Part shown: positions 58,138-64,000 of the stretch, one piece after another
How the letters are laid out: the number at the start of each line of letters is the position of its first letter
Position numbering within the stretch: position 1 is the stretch's first letter
NCBI GenBank assembly: GCA_036830905.1
Contig: DAISNS010000001.1
Span: 207 to 64,206 of the forward strand
Direction of reading: 5' to 3'
From: Clostridiales bacterium
Lineage (GTDB): Bacteria > Bacillota > Clostridia > Oscillospirales > Acutalibacteraceae
DNA length: 64,000 bases
Notes under the pieces: generated by a model
Database searches by the model: none
Told to the model about the DNA's origin: nothing
What the model saw: the letters and a program-made list of their open reading frames with translations, nothing else
Position numbers and translations under genes: made by a program

Positions 58138-59568
58138 ATGGAAGTAACCCAGGGACAAATCGAACAGATCGTCCGCCAGGTCGTGGCCGGGATGTCCGGC
58201 GGCGAGTCCCCGAAACGGAGCGGGGAAGGGACCGTCGTGGACGGCAAGCGCTACCTCGGCGTGTTCACGGATATGAACGAAGCGCTGGAAGCGGCGCACG
58301 AGGCGCAGCTCACCGTGCGCGACATGACGCTGGAGCGCAGGGAGGAGATCCTGTCGGAGATCCGCAAGCTCACCCTCGCGGAGGCGCAGACCATGGCGGA
58401 GATGGGCGTGGAGGAAACCGGCATGGGCCGTGTGAAAGACAAGGCGCTCAAGCATTATTACGTCGCGACAAAGACGCCGGGCACCGAGGACCTGAAGACG
58501 GAGGCCATTTCCGGCGACTGCGGCCTCACGCTCCTCGAGCACGCCCCCTACGGCGTGATCGGCGCGATGACGCCGTGCACCAACCCCAGCGAGACGATCC
58601 TCTGCAACTCCATCGGCATGATCGCCGGCGGCAACTCGGTCGTCTTCAACCCGCACCCGCGCGCGATCAAGACCTCGATGTACGCGGTGGACCTCGTCAA
58701 CCGCGCGTCCAAGACGGTCGGCGGGCCGCTGAACCTGGCCTGCTGCGTCTCCAAGCCCACGATGGAGACCTCGGACATCATGGTCAAGAGCCCCTATGTG
58801 AAGATGCTCGTCTGCACCGGCGGCCCGGGCGTCGTGAAGGCGATGCTCTCCTCCGGCAAAAAGGCGATCGGCGCGGGCGCCGGTAACCCGCCGGTCATCG
58901 TCGACGAAACGGCGGACATCAAGAAGGCCGGCAAGGACATCATCGACGGCTGCTGCTTCGACAACAACCTGCCCTGCGTGGCGGAAAAAGAGGTTTTCGC
59001 GCTGCAGCCCATCGCCGACGAGCTGATCTTCGTCATGCAGCAGAACGGCGCCTACCTCATCAACAACGACCAGATGCACCAGCTCGAAAAAGTCGTGCTG
59101 ATGGAGAAGGGCGGCAAAAAGGTCATCAACAAGAGCTGGGTCGGCAAAGACGCGAAGCTCATCCTGCACCAGATCGGCGTCGAGGTGGAAGACAGCGTCC
59201 GCTGCGTCATCTGCGAGGCCCAGGAGATGGACCCCTTCGTCCAGACGGAGCTGATGATGCCGATTCTCCCGATCGTCCGCGTGCCGGACATCGACACGGC
59301 CATCCGGATGGCCGTCAAGGCGGAGCACGGGAACCGCCACACCGCGCACATGCATTCCAAGAACATCGACAACCTCACAAAGTTCGCCAAGGCGGTCGAG
59401 ACGACCATTTTCGTCAAGAACGCCCCGTCCTACGCGGGCATCGGCGTCGGCGGCGAAGGCCACTGCACGTTCACGATCGCCGGCCCCACGGGCGAGGGAC
59501 TGACCTCCGCGCGCAGCTTCACCCGCTACCGCAGGTGCACCATGGTCGATTCGTTCCGCATCGTTTGA
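58138..59568 (+). CDS. CoA-acylating aldehyde dehydrogenase (PduP/EutE family) with N-terminal encapsulation peptide
   Basis: IEQIVRQVVAGM; EETGMGR, KTPGTEDL, PCTNPSET, TGGPGVV, AGAGNPP, FDNNLPCVAEKE, GPTGEGLTSAR. Confidence 0.93.
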   Translation: MEVTQGQIEQIVRQVVAGMSGGESPKRSGEGTVVDGKRYLGVFTDMNEALEAAHEAQLTVRDMTLERREEILSEIRKLTLAEAQTMAEMGVEETGMGRVKDKALKHYYVATKTPGTEDLKTEAISGDCGLTLLEHAPYGVIGAMTPCTNPSETILCNSIGMIAGGNSVVFNPHPRAIKTSMYAVDLVNRASKTVGGPLNLACCVSKPTMETSDIMVKSPYVKMLVCTGGPGVVKAMLSSGKKAIGAGAGNPPVIVDETADIKKAGKDIIDGCCFDNNLPCVAEKEVFALQPIADELIFVMQQNGAYLINNDQMHQLEKVVLMEKGGKKVINKSWVGKDAKLILHQIGVEVEDSVRCVICEAQEMDPFVQTELMMPILPIVRVPDIDTAIRMAVKAEHGNRHTAHMHSKNIDNLTKFAKAVETTIFVKNAPSYAGIGVGGEGHCTFTIAGPTGEGLTSARSFTRYRRCTMVDSFRIV

Positions 59569-59587
59569 GTAAGGAGGGATTTTGAAT

Positions 59588-60790
59588 ATGGCAATGGATG
59601 AAAACCAGATCGCAAACATCGTCCGTTCCGTTCTCTCCAGCATGGAGAACACCGCCGCGGCCCCCGCGGCCCCGGCGTCCATCCCGGCCACGGCCCGCGT
59701 GGCGATGCTGACCGCGCCGCGCCACTTCGAGGTGAAGGAGTTCCCGATCCCCGAGATCGGCGACGACGACATCCTCGTAAAGGTGGAGGGCGCCGGCGTC
59801 TGCGGCACCGACGTGCACGAGTGGAAGGGCGACCCGTTCGGCTACATTCCGCTGGTGCTCGGCCACGAGGGGACCGGAACCGTGGTGAAGCTCGGCAAGA
59901 ACGTCGCCTGCGACACGCAGGGCCACCCCATCAAACCGGGCGACAAGCTCGTGACCTCCGTCATCTGCTGCAACCACTGCTTCAACTGCCGCAACCACCC
60001 GGAGGCGCCGAACCTCTGCGAGAACCAGGGCATCTACGGCCTGATCACGGACAACGAGAAGAATCACCTCTGCGGCTGGTTCTCCACGTATCTGCACATC
60101 ACGAAAGGCTCCACTTTCTTCGTCGTCAACGAGCTTTCCCTCGACCAGCGGATGCTGCTGGAGCCCGCTTCCGTCACCTGCCATGCGCTTGAGCAGGCGA
60201 AGAAGACCGGCCGCATCAATTTCAACAGCAAGGTGGTCGTGCAGGGCTGCGGCCCGATCGGCCTCATGATGATCGCCACGCTCCGCACCGCGGGCGTCGA
60301 CAAGATCATCGCCGTCGACGGCAACGAGAACCGCCTGAACTTCGCGCGCACGCTCGGCGCCGAGGAGATCGTCAACTTCAAGCAGCTGACGACGCTCGAC
60401 GAGCGCGTAAAGGCTGTGAAGGACATGACCGACGGCGCGGGCGCGGACTTCGCGTTCCAGTGCACCGGCAACCCGCACGCGGCCTCCGACGTCTACAAAT
60501 ATATCCGCCGCGGGGGCGGCCTGTGCGAGATGGGCTTCTTCGTGAACAACGGCGACGCGACCATCAACCCGCACTTCGACCTCTGCAACAAGGAGATCGC
60601 GCTGGTCGGCTCCTGGGACTACGGCGCGCACGAGTACCCGAACGCCATCGCGTTCATGCGCCGCGCGAAGGGCATCGGCCTGCCGCTGGAAAAGCTCATT
60701 ACGCACCGCTACCCGCTCGACAAGATGAACGAGGCGATGGAGATGAACCTCAGCCAGCAGGGCATCAAGATCTGCTATATGGCGGACTGA
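59588..60790 (+). CDS. Zinc-dependent (MDR) alcohol dehydrogenase with N-terminal encapsulation peptide
   Basis: DENQIANIVRSVLSSM; GVCGTDVH, GHEGTG.V, C..C..C.......LC, QGCGPIG. Confidence 0.9.
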   Translation: MAMDENQIANIVRSVLSSMENTAAAPAAPASIPATARVAMLTAPRHFEVKEFPIPEIGDDDILVKVEGAGVCGTDVHEWKGDPFGYIPLVLGHEGTGTVVKLGKNVACDTQGHPIKPGDKLVTSVICCNHCFNCRNHPEAPNLCENQGIYGLITDNEKNHLCGWFSTYLHITKGSTFFVVNELSLDQRMLLEPASVTCHALEQAKKTGRINFNSKVVVQGCGPIGLMMIATLRTAGVDKIIAVDGNENRLNFARTLGAEEIVNFKQLTTLDERVKAVKDMTDGAGADFAFQCTGNPHAASDVYKYIRRGGGLCEMGFFVNNGDATINPHFDLCNKEIALVGSWDYGAHEYPNAIAFMRRAKGIGLPLEKLITHRYPLDKMNEAMEMNLSQQGIKICYMAD

Positions 60791-60833
60791 AACCGGGCGG
60801 AAGCGCCCGGCAGCAGAGAAATGGGGTGATGGC

Positions 60834-61163
60834 ATGGCCCTGGGGCTGGTTGAGGTCTTCGGTTTCGCGACCGGCATCGTCGCCGCGGACGCCGCCGCGA
60901 AGGCGGCCGACGTGAAGATCGTCGCGCTCGACAAGAACAAGCCCGCCGCGGGCGACGCGGCCGAGGTTCCGCTGATGATCGTCGTGAAGATCACGGGGGA
61001 CGTCGCGGCCGTCGACCAGGCGATGCGGGCGGCCATTCAGGTGGCAAAGGACCGGAACCTCTACTCCACTTCCTATCTGATTCCCAACGAAGCGGAGGAC
61101 ACCAGGAAGCTGGAAAAAATCTGCGCGGTGGGACACGATAAATTCAATATCCTCGAGTATTGA
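60834..61163 (+). CDS. BMC-H shell protein with loop insertion
   Basis: [20 protein letters not shown], insertion [21 protein letters not shown]. Confidence 0.85.
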   Translation: MALGLVEVFGFATGIVAADAAAKAADVKIVALDKNKPAAGDAAEVPLMIVVKITGDVAAVDQAMRAAIQVAKDRNLYSTSYLIPNEAEDTRKLEKICAVGHDKFNILEY

Positions 61164-61197
61164 CAGGCAAACAGCAATGAAAGGAAGGAATTCAGTC

Positions 61198-61473
61198 ATG
61201 GTAGAAGCATTGGGTATGGTCGAAACAAGAGGTCTTGTGGCGAACATCGAAGCGGCGGATGCGATGGTCAAGGCCGCGAACGTGAAGCTCATCGGCAACG
61301 AGAAAATCGGCTCCGGGCTCGTGACCGTCATGGTGCGCGGGGACGTCGGCGCCGTGAAGGCCGCCGTGGAGGCGGGCGGCGCTGCCGCCGCGCGCCTCGG
61401 CGAGGTCATCGCCACGCACGTCATCCCCGCGCCGCACTCCGACGTTGAGATGATCCTTCCGCAGTTGAAGTAA
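61198..61473 (+). CDS. BMC-H shell protein (EutM/PduA/PduJ-like)
   Basis: [53 protein letters not shown]. Confidence 0.95.
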   Translation: MVEALGMVETRGLVANIEAADAMVKAANVKLIGNEKIGSGLVTVMVRGDVGAVKAAVEAGGAAAARLGEVIATHVIPAPHSDVEMILPQLK

Positions 61474-61535
61474 GCAGCCCGATCGAAAGAAGCGACAGAA
61501 AGCGATCCAACCGAAACAAAAAAGGAGACTGCTGT

Positions 61536-61823
61536 ATGATTGAAGCATTGGGTATGGTTGAAACAAGGGGCTTGGTCGCCGATATTGAAGCGGCCGACGC
61601 CATGGTGAAGGCCGCGAACGTAAGGCTCGTCGGCAACGAGAAGATCGGCTCCGGCCTTGTGACCGTTATGGTGCGCGGGGACGTCGGCGCCGTGAAGGCC
61701 GCCGTGGAAGCGGGCGGCGCTGCCGCCGCGCGCCTGGGCGAAGTCATTGCCACGCATGTGATCCCCCGCCCGCATTCGGATGTCGAGAAGATCCTTCCGC
61801 AGTCGAAAACGCCTGAAAAATAA
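61536..61823 (+). CDS. BMC-H shell protein, near-duplicate of the preceding gene
   Basis: Same motifs as 61198-61473 with HVIPRPH; RBS AAGGAG. Confidence 0.95.
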   Translation: MIEALGMVETRGLVADIEAADAMVKAANVRLVGNEKIGSGLVTVMVRGDVGAVKAAVEAGGAAAARLGEVIATHVIPRPHSDVEKILPQSKTPEK

Positions 61824-61832
61824 CAGCGGGGT

Positions 61833-62201
61833 GTGATGGATTTGGGAAAGGCGATCGCGTTGCTTGAGGTCCAGGCGCTCACGGCGGCGGTTGTCGGTCT
61901 GGATGCGATGCTGAAGGCCGCCGACGTGCGCCTGGTGCATATCGAGCGCAGGCTCGGCGGCCGGATGGTGACCATCGTCGTCGACGGCGGCGTCTCCGAC
62001 GTCACCGCCGCGGCCGAGGCCGGAAAAGCCGCCGCCGGGGCCGTGGGCAAGGTAAAACTCTGCGAAGTGATTTCCAATCCCCACCCTGAGATCATCAAGT
62101 TCATTTATACCGACGGTATAAAACCGGAAGAGACAGGAGGCGCAGATACCCGTGGACAATCCGGAAAACAACAAGATCCCGGCAACACCCGTTCCGGCTG
62201 A
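61833..62201 (+). CDS. BMC-H shell protein (divergent; RLGG pore motif)
   Basis: [43 protein letters not shown]. Confidence 0.85.
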   Translation: MMDLGKAIALLEVQALTAAVVGLDAMLKAADVRLVHIERRLGGRMVTIVVDGGVSDVTAAAEAGKAAAGAVGKVKLCEVISNPHPEIIKFIYTDGIKPEETGGADTRGQSGKQQDPGNTRSG

Positions 62202-62721
62202 AAATCCGGCCCCGGCCGAAGGGAAGCCGAACGGAACGGCGAAAGAGGAAGCGGCGGAAGCGGCGAAACCGGCCGAGCGCGAAGCGAAGGCGGCCGCCCC
62301 GCTGAAAGAGGAGAAAGCGAAGCGGACGGTCCCGGCAAAGAGGGCGCCCGGCCGCGGCAGGCCGCGCAAGGCGGCGGTCGCCGCGAAAGTGGCGGAGAAC
62401 GCGGCGGTTTCCGCACCCGCCGGGGACGGCGGCAGCAAGGTCGTCCTCGCGCTGGGCATGGTGGAAACAAGGGGGCTTGTCGCCTCCATCGAAGCATCCG
62501 ACGCGATGGTCAAGGCGGCCGACGTCACGCTGGTCGGGACCGAGAAAATCGGCTCCGGGCTCGTGAGCGTCATGGTGCGCGGAGACGTGGGAGCGGTGAA
62601 CGCCGCCGTCGAGGCGGGCCGCGAGGCCGCGGCCAGGCTCGGCGAGGTCTTTGCCACGCATGTCATCCCGAGGCCGCACCCGGATGTGGAAAAAATCATC
62701 CCTTCCATCCCGAAAAGCTGA
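62152..62721 (+). CDS. BMC-H shell protein with a ~95-aa Ala/Lys/Pro/Glu-rich N-terminal extension containing an AT-hook-like motif
   Basis: GTG start after [18 protein letters not shown]-terminal [23 protein letters not shown]...HVIPRPH. Confidence 0.88.
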   Translation: MDNPENNKIPATPVPAENPAPAEGKPNGTAKEEAAEAAKPAEREAKAAAPLKEEKAKRTVPAKRAPGRGRPRKAAVAAKVAENAAVSAPAGDGGSKVVLALGMVETRGLVASIEASDAMVKAADVTLVGTEKIGSGLVSVMVRGDVGAVNAAVEAGREAAARLGEVFATHVIPRPHPDVEKIIPSIPKS

Positions 62722-62728
62722 ATCGTGA

Positions 62729-62765
62729 TCCGGCATCCCGCGGCATTCGGCGGCGGGATGCCGGA
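62729..62765 (+). other. Strong intra-operon hairpin after the shell-gene block
   Basis: 13-bp perfect stem TCCGGCATCCCGC / GCGGGATGCCGGA with no clear U tract. Confidence 0.6.
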
Positions 62766-62883
62766 ATCTTGGATTCCCCGTTTCCATGGGCTTGAATATT
62801 ACCCGCGCGCCCAGAGCGCGGGCGGGTTGCGATAAAATCCGCAGGGCGGAACGAAATTGGAAATTACGGAGGCGCACGGACTT

Positions 62884-63570
62884 ATGACAGTCGATGAAAA
62901 TCTTGTCCGGCAGATCGTGGCGCAGGTCTGCGGAGCGGCGAATCTCCCCGCGAAGGCTCCCGCGGCGAAAAAAGACGGTTTCCCCATCATCCCGGTGGCG
63001 GTCTCCGCAAGGCACGTCCACCTTTCCCGGAAGGACATGGACGTCCTTTTCGGGCCGGGGAGCGAGCTGACTCCGGTCAAAACCCTGATGGGCGGCCAGT
63101 TCGCCGCGAAGGAGCAGGTCACCATCGTCGGCCCGTCGCTGCGGCCGATCGAGAAGGTGCGCGTGCTCGGCCCGCTGCGCAGGCAGACGCAGGTCGAGAT
63201 TTCCGCGACGGACGCGTTCCTGCTGAAGGTGAAGGCGCCCGTCCGCCCGTCCGGCGACCTGAAGGGCTCCGCCGGCATCACCGTCGTCGGCCCGAAGGGC
63301 GTGCTGAAGCTGGAGGAAGGCTGCATCATCGCCAACCGCCACATCCACATGTCTCCGGACGACGCCGGGCGCTTCGGCGTGAAGGACGGCGACTATGTGA
63401 ACACGCTGGCCGAAGGCGAGCGCAGGACCATGTTTTACGGCGTGCAGATCCGCGTGGACCCGAAGTTCACGCTGGAGATGCACATCGACACCGACGACGC
63501 CAACGCCGCCGGCATGAGCGGCGTTCACCAGGTCACCATGCTGAAGCGCGACCAGAAGCTTGTGGGGTAA
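62884..63570 (+). CDS. pduL: Phosphate propanoyltransferase (PduL) with N-terminal encapsulation peptide
   Basis: DENLVRQIVAQV; VSARHVHLS, GQFAA, VRVLGP.R.QTQVEIS.TD, RHIHM, MHIDTDDANA. Confidence 0.93.
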   Translation: MTVDENLVRQIVAQVCGAANLPAKAPAAKKDGFPIIPVAVSARHVHLSRKDMDVLFGPGSELTPVKTLMGGQFAAKEQVTIVGPSLRPIEKVRVLGPLRRQTQVEISATDAFLLKVKAPVRPSGDLKGSAGITVVGPKGVLKLEEGCIIANRHIHMSPDDAGRFGVKDGDYVNTLAEGERRTMFYGVQIRVDPKFTLEMHIDTDDANAAGMSGVHQVTMLKRDQKLVG

Positions 63571-63598
63571 CGCTTCCGGAAAGGAAGGATCTCGTTTT

Positions 63599-63847
63599 AT
63601 GCTGAACGGAAAAGTGGTCGGCACGATCGTTTCGACGCGGAAGGTGGAGACGCTGGTCGGGTCGAAGTTCCTGGAGGTGCAGCTCTACCAGAACGGGAAG
63701 GCGACCGACCGCTATATCGTCGCGATCGACACGGTGGGCGCCGGCATCGGCGAGCGCGTGCTGATCACCACGGGAAGCGGCGCGCGGCTCGCGCTCGCGA
63801 ACGCGAACATCCCTTCCGACGCGGCGATCGTCGGCATCATCGACTAG
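63599..63847 (+). CDS. BMC-P vertex pentamer (EutN/CcmL family)
   Basis: GKVVGTIVSTRK, VAIDTVGAGIGERVL, GSGAR, DAAIVGIID. Confidence 0.94.
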   Translation: MLNGKVVGTIVSTRKVETLVGSKFLEVQLYQNGKATDRYIVAIDTVGAGIGERVLITTGSGARLALANANIPSDAAIVGIID

Positions 63848-63916
63848 CGCTCCGTCCCGGCGGGACGAAGGGAACGGATTCCCGGACTGAAATCACGGCG
63901 AGCAGGGGGAACAGAG

Positions 63917-64000
63917 ATGGAATACTCGGTGGCGGTCATGGAACTGGAAAGCATCGCGAAAGGCGTGCAGGCGGCGGACGATGCCCTGAAGGCGGCCGGT
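63917..64000 (+). CDS. BMC shell protein (PduT-like N-terminus), 3'-truncated by window edge
   Basis: RBS AGGGGG; translates MEYSVAVMELESIAKGVQAADDALKAAG, similar to the PduT start (ELxSIAKG..xDAMLK). Confidence 0.7.
   Translation, partial: MEYSVAVMELESIAKGVQAADDALKAAG

Overview
High-GC chromosomal window from a spore-forming clostridium. An Oscillospiraceae/Ruminococcaceae-like origin is inferred from the gene set and protein style. I saw no rRNA, tRNA, CRISPR array, transposase or prophage gene. Contents in order: (1) 1-13.6 kb, a 6-deoxyhexose (probably L-rhamnose) utilisation locus with a GH106-like glycosidase, a YesM/YesN-type two-component system, a Rha-type ABC importer, rhamnose mutarotase and an AraA/FucI-fold isomerase. 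(2) pepC and xpaC-telA. (3) The conserved rimP-nusA-ylxR-L7Ae-infB-rbfA-truB-ribF / rpsO-pnp cluster, with recognisable RNA leaders. (4) spoVT, a MATE transporter, an RlmI-like methyltransferase, a lipoprotein MltG and sbcDC preceded by an unannotated coupled 30-aa ORF. (5) cymR divergent from cysK-tcdA, enolase, ComFB, trpS and spoIIE. (6) A stand-alone operon pairing a non-canonical Ddl-like ATP-grasp ligase with a KamA-type radical-SAM aminomutase. (7) From 55.4 kb to the window end, a DeoR-associated bacterial microcompartment (BMC) operon of the fucose/rhamnose type; its signature enzyme is not in the window. Best novelty candidates are the ATP-grasp/KamA pair (possible beta-amino-acid peptide synthesis), a BMC shell protein with an AT-hook-containing basic N-terminal tail, a degenerate PduO-like adenosyltransferase fused to a haem-binding domain, and the unusual isomerase in the rhamnose locus. 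Start codons were re-picked by eye using RBS context. All product calls come from motif recognition, not database searches.
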